Source: Amoebidium appalachense (Eukaryota > Protista > Ichthyosporea). Taken from it: a DNA stretch of 64,000 nt. The notes below the pieces were generated by a model. The model was not told where the DNA came from. It ran no database searches and saw nothing but the letters and a program-made list of their open reading frames with translations. Of the stretch, positions 1-37,967 are shown piece by piece; position 1 is the stretch's first letter, and every line of letters starts with the position of its first letter. The stretch covers positions 496,001 through 560,000 of the forward strand of contig CAVNZM010000002.1 of NCBI GenBank assembly GCA_963693365.1, given 5' to 3'. The translations under genes were made by a program, and so were the position numbers.

Positions 1-122
1 CGTGCGCTATCACTCCACTTCCTCGTGTGTCCTAGCGAGTGCCCATGCATGTGTGGCTGTCATTGCATGTGCATGCACTGTCCCTATCATCCCATCCCAA
101 GCACTCTTCCAGGGGCACGTAC

Positions 123-509
123 ACAGCACGGCACGTTCAAGGGTGAGCTCTGTGCTAGCCACCATTGCCGGGTGGGCCTCAGTGGGGATGGGCAGCAGAG
201 GGAGCAGCTGGTGCACAAGAAGATGCGCCGTGGGGGGGTTGAGCGCCCAATGAAGCTTGTCAAGCACAACCTTCTCCATGCGCTGTGTGTGTGTGTGGGG
301 GGGGGGGGGGGGGGGGGGTTGTGTAGGTGCGGGGGCGGGGGCGGGGGCGGGGGGCGGGGGAGGGGGGGGAGGGGGGGGGAGGGGGGGGGAGAGGGCAGGG
401 GGAACGAGGGGAGGGAAAGAATGGGTGTGTGGTGTGGGGGGGGGGGGGGGAGGGGGGGGGGGGAGGGGCAGGGAGAACGAGGGGGAGGGAAAGAATGGGT
501 GTGTGATGT

Positions 510-540
<31 letters not shown>

Positions 541-990
541 AGGTGGTGGTACTGGTGGTAGGTGGGGAAGTCGAGGTGAGTTCGTGGGTGGTGGTGAGGA
601 TGTGTGCATGTGGTGAAAAGGGGGAAGGATGGAAAGAGAAAGAGACAGAAAGAGAGGGCAGAGACGAGAGAGAGAGAGACACACACACACAGAGAGAGAG
701 AGAGATAGAAAGACCAAGAGAGCGAGAGAGAACAGAAAGAGAAAGGGTGTGTGTATGCTGCAAGAGTTTAAAAAAGCGTTACAGAGTATTAAAAACAAGT
801 TCACGACGGACAACACAAAAGAGAATGGAAGCACCCACAAACAGCATGCACCATAAGCAGAGGACATGTGTGTGTTGCATAAAAAAGGGGGGGGGGGGGG
901 GGGGGGGTGGAGGTGTGTGTGTGTGTGTGTGTCTCAGAGAGGGGTGGAGGTGTGTGTGTGTGTGTGTGTGTGTGTCTCAGAGAGGGGTGG

Positions 991-1036
<46 letters not shown>

Positions 1037-1244
1037 TGTTGCATGAGGTTTGGAATGCGTTAGAGTATGAATGAAGTGCACTTTATCAATGCAGAGTGCA
1101 AAAAACACATCAAGAGCATGGACATAAGCAGTGCCCATCCTCCGGGAAAGGTGGGGTGGGGAGGGGGGGGGGGGGGGGGGAGGGTGAGATGGTGGAGGAG
1201 GAGGTGGTGATGGGGACTGTGTGGTTGAATGTATGCATGTGTGT

Positions 1245-1295
<51 letters not shown>

Positions 1296-2423
1296 GAAAG
1301 ACGGGAGGAAAGAGAAAGAGAAAGAAAGAGAGGACGAGAGATAGGAAGAGGAAGCGGGAAAGGGAGAGGGAGAAAGATTTGTGTGCTCGTAAGGTGGGGG
1401 TGGGGGGGGGGGGGGGGGGGGGGGGGGAGGGGGGGCAGGGGGAGGGGGGGAGGGTGTGTGAGCCGTGGGTGTGTGTGTGCGTGTGTGTGGGTGGGACGGA
1501 GGCAAGGAGGGGGAGGGAGAGAGGGAGGGATAGAGAGAGAACGGGGAGAGGGAGAGAGAGAGAGGGAAGGAGGGAGGGAGAGAAAGAGAGAGAGCGGGAG
1601 AGGGAAAGGTAGGAGAGAGAGAGGGGGGGGGGGGGGGGGGGGGGACGGAGGGAGGGAGGGAAGGAGAGTGTGTGAGTTTGTATGCCCAAGTGAATGGGTG
1701 GGTAAAACGGTAGGGATGGGGGGAAGGGGTGTGCACGTGCACTGCAAACCAGCAGGTTTGCGCTGGCACATGAGTTTGGGTGTGTGTGTGCATGGGGCGG
1801 GGGGCTAAAGGGATGGACGAGAATAATGTGTGGTGTAGAAACAGTTGTCAGCCATGTCAGCCCCCCCCCCCCCCCCCCAAAAAAAAAAAAAGAGAGAGAA
1901 AGAAAAGAAAAACCCACCATAGTCCCACAAGCATTCCTGTCTTTCCCAACCCTTATCTCGGGCACTCACAACAACAACAACAAAAAACACCTGAACACCA
2001 AACACTCTACATGCCAACACACACTTCCTACCCACATTCCCCAATCCCCCCCCCACCTCCTCCCCCCCCCCCATTCCCCTCCCTTCTTTCCCCTTCCCAC
2101 CCAAACCCCCCCCCCCCCTCTCCCACCTTCACCTCCCTCCCTCCCTCTCCCCCTTCCTCCCCCCCCCCCCCCCTCCCCTACCTCCAGGTCGTTGCAGCTG
2201 AACTGCATGCCGCCCGCATTGACCAGCTCGTCCAGTGCCGGGTGTGTGTTCCAGACCTCATGCATCTTAGCAGAGAGAAGGAAGCACGTGGCTGCTATCA
2301 GCTGCACGTGCACGGCCTTGACCTTTACCACAGACAGCAGCCGGTCAAACAGGTTGGCCGCAACAGCAAACGTCTCAGGGTGGTACTCCAGCTTCTTGTT
2401 CATCTGCAGGAAATGAGTAGGTG

Positions 2424-2457
<34 letters not shown>

Positions 2458-3331
2458 TCGTGTCCGACGACTAAGCAAAAGCCAACCCCCCCCCCCCCCC
2501 CCCCCCCCGGTGCAAATACACAGGTCCAGAAGTTAGATAGCCTTCTCCCCATCGCACAACCTTTGTAAGTAACCAACCGATGTGTACGTGTAGAGAAAAA
2601 GAACCAGCCATCAACCCCTTCTCCTCCACACCTTCCCTCTTGCCTATACTGTGAGGATTAGAATGCAATTCAAAACATCAGTTTATGTACTGATTTTTGC
2701 TTCGCGATGTGTCTTGGTAACCCATACGGCCGTGGGGTGTCACAAGCCCCTCCCCCACCCCTCCCCCCCCCCTCCCGCCCCTTTCCAACCCCTCCCCCCC
2801 CCCCCCCCCCCCCCTTCCCCCTCACCCCCCCGCCCAACACCAACACTAGCACCTACACTCACCCCACGCACAGGCACACACTCTCCACCACCAGAACTCA
2901 CAACACTAATCACCGCTTCCGAACGGCCCGTTTTTGGCCGACCCAACCACTTGTGTCCAAAACAGCGAGCAGGCGGCACAAGCAAGTGTACCCACCCTGA
3001 GGATCCAGTCCAGAACCTCGTAGCGCAAACCACCGGTGATCTCGTCGCGCTGCACCTTGCTGAGGTAGTGGGGGTTGGGCATGTGCCGCTCCTGCCCAGC
3101 CAGAGACAGGGCAAGCAGGCGGTGGGCGGGGGTGAGGGAGGGGGAGTTGGCTTCGGCAAGCGTGAGCTTCTTCATGTGCGCGGCCAGGTTGAGGCCGGTC
3201 TCCTTGCGCGGCTTAAACGGCGCACTCTTAGCCACGCTGCGCAGGCGATCCTCGGGGGACGAGGGCTGCGCGCGAGGCGCGGGCCCCCGGGACCTGCGGC
3301 GTTGGGTTGGCTTGGTAGCGGTTTTCACCAT
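123..3331 (-). CDS. Cyclin G/I-like protein, 3' part beyond the window; exons 3331-2996, 2403-2182, 282-123
   Basis: GT-AG spliced exons join in phase into a cyclin box: [59 protein letters not shown]...[25 protein letters not shown]. The VKxK and RMExxxLDKLxW segments resemble cyclin I/G. Confidence 0.85.
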
Positions 3332-3916
3332 GTTGAATCTGAAGCCTGGAAGGCAACAGCGAGCCGTTGGTGCTTGTGGTAAATCAGGACGGCCACCAGA
3401 AGGCGGTATTCCCTGTTCACCCCAAGAAGGGAGAGGGAAAGGGAAGGAGGAAACCTCGCACGCCCTGTGTTTCCCGGTCCGTTTCTCGCAAGCAGACAAA
3501 AAAAAGGGAAAGGGAAGGGCCTTCGTTCGCCCTTTCGACGTGCAAGGGAGTGAGCCGCCGGCAGCATTACGTAACCACAAGCAAGAACAGCCAATCAAAT
3601 CGTGCTGTTAGTGAACCGAATTATCGCGAAATTTCCAACCCGGCTCGATAATCTAGGCCGCGGCAATACTCATTGAATACTGTCGGTTAGAAAAAGGCCT
3701 CACGAATAAATAGGCAAAAATTCAGGCAGGAAAAAACGAAGTAACCTCCAACTACGTTCTTAACTTCTAAGAACACTGGCTCCGAAGCCAGGTGAATCGA
3801 ACATATACAACCGCACGTTATGTCCAGTGTTAGGTAGGGGAAGATTCGCGGTTCACAAAATTCCGACTCGAATCGGCGACCCTTTGATTACGACAGCCGA
3901 AGAGTTGCGCAAACAG

Positions 3917-3931
3917 TGACGTCATGACTCA
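3917..3931. promoter_or_regulatory. Adjacent CRE (TGACGTCA) and AP-1 (TGACTCA) motifs in the divergent cyclin/glutathione reductase intergenic region
   Basis: Exact TGACGTCATGACTCA at 3917-3931; function inferred only. Confidence 0.35.
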
Positions 3932-4239
3932 CGCCCCGCACACGTACAACTGTCCGTGGGGCGTCGCCGATGATCAGGTGTGCTATTTAGGAGGCCTTGG
4001 CGTCGATTCGCACGGAGGACGGTCAGGATGCAAATCTTTTCAACAAACACATTACCAAAATTCTATGATTTAGATATGAAATTTAAATATATATGTAAAG
4101 AAAAATTCATCTTCAAGGTTCTATTAAAGAGTTCACACTATTTTTTTGTAAGTAGTGTTGGCACCTGCCACGGCCATCCGGATCTATCAGGATATCTTGC
4201 AATAAGGAACCAATCAAAACACAGACAGTGGCCTGACTG

Positions 4240-4669
4240 CAGGGTTGGACTGGGGTTCGCCAGCTTAACCGTATCGCCCTTTGGCCAGTCGTAACGGACA
4301 ATTTCTTAATCGTAACGGGGTGGGTTCTTGGGGTGCTGCAAGCCCCACCTAAAACGCCCCTCCAGTCGAAAAACTCAAAATACGTGTTTTTACAAATTGA
4401 GTACCGCAAGATTACAAGCCCCGAAATCTTATCGGGGCTCGATATTGCACATGAGAAGCGATGTAGATATGTTCTTGGGGGGGATTGTGCTGTTCTTAAA
4501 CAGAAATATTGAAAAAACAGGGAAAATTACATATTCAAGCCCCCAGGAAATATCTTATAATGCTACACACCTGATACGAAAGCTGTTACGAAGGTACCCT
4601 GACGTTATTCGTATCAGGGTCTCTCGTTAATCGTAATTACGACGATTTTTTTTCGTAATCCCTACCCTG
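4240..4669. mobile_element. Non-autonomous hAT-type MITE
   Basis: Begins CAGGGTTGG, ends CCTACCCTG; perfect 8-bp target-site duplication CCTGACTG at 4232-4239 and 4670-4677; internal repeated CGTAA/TTACG subterminal motifs. Confidence 0.8.
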
Positions 4670-4690
4670 CCTGACTGCAAATTTTTTTGA

Positions 4691-13578
<8,888 letters not shown>

Positions 13579-13703
13579 ATATAGTTGCATGGACTATTTT
13601 TGGGCACGAGGGTGACGTTATTGTTTGTGCCAAATAAATGCATGGTGAGAGTTGGGTATCTCCATCGGCGTGGATCTTGTATCTCCTCTGTTGATGGGAA
13701 TTT

Positions 13704-13734
<31 letters not shown>

Positions 13735-15188
13735 GTGTAGAGACATGAAAGTTGCCAAAAAAAAATAGAAAAAAGCATTTATGCTTTAGAGTAAAAAAAA
13801 ACCTTCTGTCACTGCTGTTCGAAAATTTGTAAATCATATGTATGCCCCTTGCAGTTTTTTGAAAGTGTCTAGACACGTATGGATCATCAATAAACTGTAT
13901 ATTGTGATCTCCTTCCATGTGACGGTATGCGAGAATCTGATGGCGATGCAAAGCCTTGCTACACGAGGTGCTCAGACTGTGTGAGGGTGGCTGCGGCACG
14001 GTGTCGTACTTGTGCCTTCCCTTGGGTTTGGGTAGTTGGGTGTGTGTGTGCGCGACAGACAATTTAGTAGTTGTCGTTGCATGGTGTTCACTTAAGAATT
14101 CTTTGTGTGACATCGTTTTAGTCAAGCAGTGGCGGGTGCAACTGTGGCCCATCAGCTGGGCTACAAGTTTATGTCTTGGCAGACTCCCTCTGTTGTTTAG
14201 GTGTATCTGTCTATTTAGATGCAAGGATTATGTGATGAATCAGGTTGAAGCCAGGGTTGGCGCATGGTTCAGTAGTGGTTGGTGTTACTGTTGACAACAT
14301 CTGAGGGTGCTATTATTATGAGAATATATTTAGACGAGTGTAGAGAGAAGCGATCGCGCGAGACTCGGGGTAGCTTCTTAGATCCGGCAACGTTTGTTTG
14401 AATTGAACAAAGCAGTGATGATCATAAGTTTTTTTGGGGGCACTGCCAATGCAACTCATGGTTGGAAGCGGCTCAGAAAAGATAGGAATAGAGGGGAAAG
14501 TTTTGGTGAGTAGACTCATTCTTGGCCATGGCCATGGTGTGTTAATTCTTGGTGAGAATATGTATGAGTTCTGGACTGACCTGGTCGTGCAGGGGGAGGA
14601 GGGGGGGGGGGGGGGGGAGGGGGGGGAGGGGAGGGGGAGGGGGGACATTTGTTGTGGTAAATATATTCAGGGGTGTGACTGTGCTATGTTTCCGAATGAT
14701 ACATTTCACACATACACCAACCAGCCACAAGCCATCGATGATCAGCGGTGCAAATAAATCAAGAAAAAGGTTTGATAGCAGTGATTCACTCCCTCTATCA
14801 ATGCACACACAATGTCACCACACCCCACCCATCATCTACTAGTAGGCCATTTTTTTCACTCACATAGGTCATTCATTCCCCGACATCTTTGCTCAAGAGC
14901 TTTACCGCAGATAAGAAGGGATATGTCAGATGTTACATGTTTTATACTCTTCATGATGTATGACAGGATGCTATGTGCTCATTTGCAAAAGAAAACAAAA
15001 AACAAGCAATTATCCTGATGGTCCAGGAGCAACTTATTAATTATTCAATAATTAAAATAACCCGCATTCATACTTGAGGGAGGCGGACAGACAACCAAAT
15101 AAATATTCAAGAAATTCATGCCTGGTAAACAGGAGAAAAAAAAACCAAATACACGTGCGCACACTCAAAAGTACATCCATATGTCCCC

Positions 15189-23605
<8,417 letters not shown>

Positions 23606-24239
23606 AGTGTCGTGTGGTTGTGAATGCTGGAGGAAAGATGGGGTACACTCTCGCGGGTTGTAAGTGCGTGCGGGTGTTGTCAGTTAGGGTGAGTGTGTGT
23701 TGGGTTGTCAGAATACTCATCAAGACCTAAAAAAACCGAAGCACTTTCCCTCAGTTGAGTATGAGAGCTCAATTGAAGCCCTGCAAACTGGGCAAAACAT
23801 GAAAAGGTGGCGGTACGGTACGCGTGGCAAAAGCCGACACCTCTCAAGTTCTGTGTGTGCACACAGTAAGCAAGCAGGTGCAAAAAGAAAACCGCACGAT
23901 CGCTCATAGATACATGTTAAGCCGTGGTCTGATTGGTTGATCGACCGATATGGAAGGTATAAACACTGATAAGACATCGCGGCCGCCGGAGGGAGCAAGC
24001 ACTGAAGGAGGTTGATTTACAAGGGAGCAAAAGGGTTGTACAAAACTGCATTAGGATTTTATACCTATAGGCTCTTCCGGCCCCAGCTGTACATCATGGC
24101 TTTACGACACCGACAAGCATATGTGTATTCCTACTTTTTTTTATTATTTATTATTTATATATATAGGTATTCCTACTTCAAGTGATGTAATCGATTGAAT
24201 CGATTCAACCCGATCTGTAAAATGATTGGTTTTTCTTTG

Positions 24240-24250
24240 TTTTGGCGCGC
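24240..24250 (+). promoter_or_regulatory. Canonical E2F site upstream of ORC6
   Basis: TTTTGGCGCGC about 160 nt before the ORC6 ATG, with an ATTGG (CCAAT) box just upstream. Confidence 0.55.
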
Positions 24251-24407
24251 ACCGATTAGATCCCCCGAGCCCTCAGGCTTCAGCTCGAAGCGCTCTGCAG
24301 AGAACTTCACACCCACTGGCCCCATGTTCCCTCTTTTATGTGCACTATCTTTTCCTGATTCGATTTGCAATCTGTCACTTGCATCTGTTAGGGCGTACAC
24401 GGGCACC

Positions 24408-30551
<6,144 letters not shown>

Positions 30552-31850
30552 ATATAGTGCCATGCTGGTGATGGGGTGCTAAAATTAGAATGAAATTGCG
30601 CCTTTTCCCCCAAATTAATGGGTAAATGTTTGTCCGCACAACCCAATCCAAAGATCTGGGTCTGTAATATATCCCGGTTTATTTTTTTCGATTTCCAATA
30701 AAAAGACGCGTTATTATATATCTGTATTCTATCTTCTTTTCATTTACCTGAAGAATACTCCAACCCCAACAACTTGCACAGCAGAGGGATCATTGCACTT
30801 TATTGGCCGCTGCCTCCGGCCAATCCGGAAAGAATGATAACGTCATGGAGCCAGTCCAGTACTCTGTCAGTGTGTGTGCGCCTGCACATTCGTGTGCGTG
30901 TGCTTGGCCCTGGCATTGCACATGTGCGTGACAGTGTGTGTGTGTGTGTGGGCATGTGGTGGGGGAAATCATGAACGTGGTGGGTGCACACACGAGGAAG
31001 TCGAAAATCGCATCCCCGTTGGACTTTTGCACAGGTGACGGTGCACACACCATGACGACACGGATGCCCAACACTATTTATTCCCTTGGAGCACAGGAAC
31101 AAACACCTTACAGACATGGCGAGATTATCTAATCATGACCACATGAAAGGATGCTCGCATGATATTAAAAAGTATTAAACAAGCATGACTATCCCAAAGT
31201 TAAACCCCTCCTTCATATGTACAACATTAGAGCTGCAAAAATCATGCAATTGGTAAAATTCGAAGTGTGTATACATGATTGCCACAATATCGGTACTATC
31301 AAGATATTTAAACACAAGATGATATAATGGTCTTAACTATAAAGCACTCTCGGTAAACTTAACATCCTTAAACTCTACATGCAAAACTCCGCTTATAAAA
31401 AAGAACATATATCTATGGGATATTTGCGTATCCAACTAACAGTAAAAACAGCACGCATACACAACTGCCCTAAAAATCCGCCATCATAATACAACTATCC
31501 CAGCATATTCAGGATTATCCCTATTATCGTATATCCCTGCAGTCAGCCTACATGGGAAGAACAAGCATAACTGAAGGATATTAAAGTGATACATTACAAG
31601 AACTCAAGCCGAATGGTACTATCATTCAATCGCTCCTAACCACAGAAATCGCGTTTCCATTCCATCCCCCCCCCCCCCCCCCCCCCGGACACCCCACCCC
31701 ATCCCCCCCCCCCTCCAGCCCACTCCCCCCCCCACCCCCCTCCTTCCCCCCTTCCCCCCCCACCCACACACATGCACACCGACGCACACACACGCGCACA
31801 CACGCACACCTACATGCACATGCACACACGTCAGGCGCTGTGCACGTGCG

Positions 31851-32668
31851 CTACAAATCGAGCATGTGGAAGTTGGAGCACGTGATAGCCAGCTGCAGCA
31901 GATTCTTTCTGCTGGCATCAAATACGGGTTGGATGGTCGTGAGGAACGCTAGGAGCTGCCCATCACCCCTAAAGGCAAACCACGTGCCCTGCCAGTGCCT
32001 GTGTACGTGTGTGTACGTGTGTGCAGAGAGAGAGAGTGTGTGTGTACGTGTGTGTAAGAGTGCGTGTGTGTGGTTGTGTGTCGGTGGGTGTGTGTGTATG
32101 TGTGTGGTGCACGTGTGAGGGAATGTGCATATGAATGTATGTGCGCGCAAGCGTGTGCACATGTGTGCTTGCAATTGCACGCATACATGCGTGAGTGTGT
32201 AGGCACGTGTGTGTGTGTGTGTGTGTGTGTGCTAAAAAAAACCCTCCGTGTGAGTATATGAAAGCAAAAAACATCTGTATTTTTTTTCCACCGTGAGCAC
32301 CCCTGTATTGTTCTTCGACCTGGCAAGCACATCTTAGTTGCACTCACCAACCCATCACCTATGGTGCGGCAACCACCCGCCCTCTCCTCCCTCTCCCCCC
32401 CTGCCCACTCCCGCACACAACCCACCAATACCCTCCACCACCCCCCTTAACCCCACCAATACCCTCCACCACCCCCCTTAACCCCACCAACCAGTGCCTA
32501 ATCCACCACCCCCCTTAACCCCACCAACCAGTGCCTCATCCACCACCCCCCTTAACCCCACCAACCAGTGCCTCATCCACCACCCTACCGGTAGCCCTAT
32601 GCAGGAAGGTACGCCCCAGGGTGTGTCTTCTAGCCTCTCCCCCCCCCCCCCCCCCCCCCCCCCTTTTT

Positions 32669-32699
<31 letters not shown>

Positions 32700-32805
32700 G
32701 GGGGGGTGCATCGTGTTATCCGCTGTTCATGTGTATTTCGTACTTATGACGCATTCAACCCCCCCCCCCCTCCCCCCTTCTTTTTTTTTTTTTTTTTTTT
32801 TTGGG

Positions 32806-32846
<41 letters not shown>

Positions 32847-33494
32847 TGAATGCGGAACACGGTACGAAGTACGCATACACGAAGGACACATGCAAAGGCA
32901 AACATTCAAGTATGCAACATAGCCATGCGCACAGTATGCGTCATAAGCAGAGCCCATCCTCAGGGAGGGCCCAAGTCATCAATTGCGTCTGAGTTTCGAC
33001 CCCTTAGCCCGCGTATATACGACTCTCCAACTCAGACAGCAGCATGAACTGAACTTGGGAGGGTCAACCCGTCTTGATCAAAGACGAGCAGGGTTGCTTA
33101 TGCAAGCAAGGTGAGCAAAACGGTGAATATGTGTGTGCAAACTAATGCAGTGCAGCGAAAAATGCGAATGTGCTTACAGATGCACGACACAGCAATCATG
33201 CCCGGTTGCATGGAAGTAAAGCGGGGGGGGGGGGGGGATGAATGCGTCATAAAGTTCGAAGTACACATGAACATCGGATAACACGATGCAGAGTGCAAAC
33301 CATACAAAAAGAGTATGCATAATAAGCAGAGCCCATCCTCGGGCGGAATGCAGTAGCAAGTACCAAATGCAAACTTGCATTCCAATAACGCAATAACATA
33401 GCTAAAAGAAAGCACAGAGGGTGCCCAGGGATTCGACCTCCCTCAGGAGGAGAAGAGGGGGGAGGAAGGGGAGGGGGGAGAGTTTTGGAGAGAA

Positions 33495-33530
<36 letters not shown>

Positions 33531-36177
33531 GCACGTACGTTCTGAGGGGTGTGTTTGTGAGCAGGTCGTACAGGGCTTGAAATATTTGGGCGCGCAGCAC
33601 AGGGTTGCGCATGAAGGGCAGGTCTTTTGCTGCGCGGCCAATCACAGCCTCCCGTGGCCGGCCAAAGGCGATCTCCCATTGGTGGTCCACAAACACAACC
33701 TGCTTGTGAGTGGTCAATAAAGGAACGTGTGCAATGATGGGGAGGGGGGGGGGGGGGATGAGGGCGATAATATATATGCCCATGCCCAGGTTCCATAGAT
33801 AGGCTGGCACCATCTTTAGGGCCACTGTGCATCGACAAAATACACCCATTCAAGGTACACAGATCCGACGAATTGATTGGTGCAAAGCAGATCCAAAAGA
33901 TCCAGTCGTGACGTAAGAAATGAAGGGGATTGGTTCCCAAGGTCGGCATTCCGAGCAGTCAACGATTCATTCATGTACATTTTATGCATGCCCTGAAATG
34001 CGGAGCATGAACAAGCTATTCAAACTTGTCGAGTCTACAAAAAGCTCTATGCATTCGTTTATATTTACAAATATAGGGTCGATTCATGTTGCAACCGAAC
34101 ATCCTTTAACCGAGCACCAGATCTGATGATTTCATTGGCTCTGGTCAGATCCAGTCCTGATGTAAGTAAGTACGGAAACTGAATTCGATTGGTTCCCTGA
34201 TGTCGACATCGAGATTTTGGATTTCCGTTCGTGTACATTTTATGCGTGCCCGAGTGTGAGCACATGGAAAAGGTCTTCCAAAATGTTCTACTCCATCAGA
34301 AACCATTTAGAACAGTTGAAGTAATAACTTATTTAAATTGCCTGCTTTTTTCTAGATGAAGGTGATAAATATGAGCTTCTGTCGACATCACATACTGCTG
34401 ACCACTGGTCCAGGTGCAAGCCATCATTCACAAACCGGCAACGGTAAACATATGATATGCAACCAATAGCTGTAAAGATCGAGGTGTTCGGTTAGTGGGT
34501 GAGATCTTGACAGCATTTGCTTTTCATGTTTTTGCTAGTAAATTAGACCGGAAGCGCTATTTTTATTTAACAACTGAAGATTTACATTATATTCTTACTC
34601 AGACAAAAAGAAAGTACCCGTTTTTCTCTATTGAGAGCTGAGATATTGCATAGATCGGGTGCGAAAACGGTTAATGGATAAGGTACCCTAATAAATTATT
34701 ATCAAAATTTCTAGAAAATGGCCTCCCGTTACTCTTGTGTGCCCCTCCACGGCAACAGCGCGCGGCTCTTCGGGAATTCGATTCCTTTCAGCGTGAATTC
34801 ATCCAGTTTATTTCTCGAACCTCGCGTAGGCATCCTTTGGCGGCTCCCTTGCTGAGTGTTTTTGGTCTCCCTCCGGCGCGCCAGCGTATGAATGAATTAG
34901 GACTTCGCTTTTGTTTTCATTTGGTTAGGCTTCCTTCTTATCATCCTTTGTTGCAATTCTTTCCTTCTTTAGCACCTGTTCCCGGCATTTCTAATGTTCG
35001 TGCGAAATGCCCTATCCCCAATCTCTCTCCCATTCCGAGATATCCTTTTAAATACTTATCTCCTTTATTTTTCTCTTCTACTAGTTATCAGCAGTATGTT
35101 ACTTGGTTTCATACTCAATATCCTTTGCTTCATCGTTGTGATAAATGTATCATGGTAGGGCTCTTGAGCCTGTGCTTCTTTTTATATTAGAGACTCGTCT
35201 ATTTTCTTTACAATCGTTGTGTAAATTAGCTACTTATATTTATCCTTCCTCTCGTAAACCTACCACCCTTACCGATTTTGCAATTCTAACCCCTCCTTGT
35301 GACATAGCTTGGAAATGTTTATTTTGGCGCTGTAACCTTTGTTTCCATATATGTTTGTGCCACTTTTGTGCAGAACCTTTTTCTCGTAAACACTTAGATA
35401 GATGTATCTATTTATCTCAGATTATTCCGTTAGAAATTAGAAGACTGGCTTATTTAGATAATCCTGATCTTACGTCTATTGACTATCTGTTGAACCACGG
35501 TATGTTTAATGAGTTTTCTAAGGTGTATGATTATTTAAGTCGTTATCTCCTCCGTATCCGAGAGTGAGGGCTTTTGTATTTTTCTTCTCCGAGATATCGG
35601 TGATATCTCGATGGCTTCTATTTTGCTGAGCATATCAATAAAGTCATTATATAAAATAAAAAAATTTCTAGACTAATGTGATAAGTTTGCACTTCTGTCG
35701 ACATCACATTCTGCCAACCGCCGGCTGTGTGACACCCTTCATTCACAACCCGGCAACGGTAAACATATGATATGCAACCAATGACTGTAAAAATTGAGGT
35801 GTACCTTAACTGGGTGAGATCTTGCCACCATTTGCTTTTCATATTTTCGGTTGTATATGAGCGCAAAAGTTCTGTTTTTACTCACGATATCGAAGATTTA
35901 CATTGTATACTTCCTTCGTTACAAAGAAAATACACGTTTATCTCCACTGGGGCTGAGATATTGCATAGATCGGGTGCTTGTACCTTGAATGGGCGAGGTG
36001 TCCTAATTGATTGTGTTGGATTTGTGTGTGTGTGTGTGTGTGTGCCTTCAGAGGAGGGCAATAAGTCCACAAGAGAGGTGGAGACACAGTGAAGGAAACC
36101 TGTCACAAACACAAAACGAACACACAACAGACAAAATGTACAGGATGTACAGGCTAAAAAAACACTGGGGGGGGAGG

Positions 36178-36209
<32 letters not shown>

Positions 36210-37122
36210 ATAGAAGAAGAGCATGAAGTGGACAGAGAAGTATTCCAGGGACAGGGTGTGTGTGCATGCCGTGTGTGTGTGTGCACATGCACGTGTATAT
36301 CTGCATGCACATGCACGTGTATATCTGCATGCACATGCACGGGTATATCGGCATGCACATGCACGTGTATATCTGCATGCACATGCACGTGTATATCTGC
36401 ATGCACATGCACGTGTCTATCTGCATGCACATGCACGTGTCTATCTGCATGCACATGCACGTGTATATCCGCATGCACATGCACGTGTATATCCGCATGC
36501 ACATGCACGTGTATATCCGCATGCACAGGCACGTGTTTGGTCACTGCATGTGTGTGCCCGTGCATGTGCCTGCGGTGCACACGTACCACCCTGCTGGCCC
36601 AGTCCACCAGCATGAGTGTGTGCATGTTGTTTGGCTTGGCCCTCATCAGCCTCTCCGTGTCAGCCTGCAGCTGCTCCAACTGCGCCGACAGCTGTGAGGG
36701 GATGGGGTTAGTGTGTGTTCCACACGGAACAATATCCTAACCACCGGAAAAGATTGCAAATATAAACCAGAGGCGGGGCGGGCGGGCGGGCCGGGGGGGG
36801 GGGGGGGGGGGGGGGGGGAGGGAGAAGGGGATAAGCATTCGAGGGTTGAGATGGTGTATATGCATTTATGGTCCCGTCCCCTACACCTCACACTTTCCCC
36901 CTTTCCTTACCTTCACCGCCCCATTCCTGTCCCCTCCCCTCCATCTCCCCTCCCCCCCCCCCATCACCACCACCACTATCCGATTCCTTCCAGGCACGCA
37001 CACACCTGTGAGTATACACCCACCCACCTACCCACATGTGCACACGCAAGAAAACGTGCAACATACACACACATCCACACCCACACATGCAATTTCCCCT
37101 ACTGCCCCTCCCCCTCCCCCCC

Positions 37123-37153
<31 letters not shown>

Positions 37154-37320
37154 CTGTTCGCTGTGTGCCTGCAGCTGTGAGTTCTCTCTCGTCTTTGCAT
37201 CCAAAAAGTCGGCAGCCCTTCGGAAGATTTCAGCCTTTGACAGAGACTGCGACTCTTTAAGGCCAGGCACAGAAACCTTCAGATCTCGAAGACTCTTGCG
37301 GATCTTTTCCCTGGGATAAT

Positions 37321-37376
<56 letters not shown>

Positions 37377-37895
37377 TAAAGGGGGGGAGGGGGGGGAAGG
37401 GGGGAATATAAGAGAGGAGGAAGAGAGGTAGAGAGTCGGTATGTGTGTGAGCACCCGTACGTGCTGTGGAAGTGAGCCATGTATGCATGTGTGTGTGTGT
37501 GCGTGCATGCGCGTGGCCATGTGTGTGTGCATGCATGTGTGTGCATATGCATGTGTGTTGACATACATGCGAGTCGTATGCACAGGTGAGTGCATGCATG
37601 TGTGCGTGTGTCGTGCCATTTTTGCCTAGTATGTATTATGGGTGTGGATGAAAATCGATAGGTTTTTGGCATACGTATACACGTGCTCATGTTTTCCAAC
37701 ATGTATTCGTGCGTCCACGTGCACGTATACATGTGAGCATGCATGCTGCTCTTCCTTCGTTTGGAAAAGTGAAAAGAGCCACGTGCATCCCGTTGCAAAG
37801 CCGAACAGTCTTACATGCACACACGCGCAGCACAACCCATCTTGATGCACGGCGCATGCACGCACGTACACGCCAACGCGCACGCGCCCACACGC

Positions 37896-37967
<72 letters not shown>

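Noticed and set aside
32420-32585. Telomere-like or CRISPR-like array
   Set aside because: Units are not TTAGGG multimers and there are no unique spacers; ordinary minisatellite.
34101-34182. CTGATGA and CTGATGT...GAAAC words
   Set aside because: No consistent stems I-III could be drawn.
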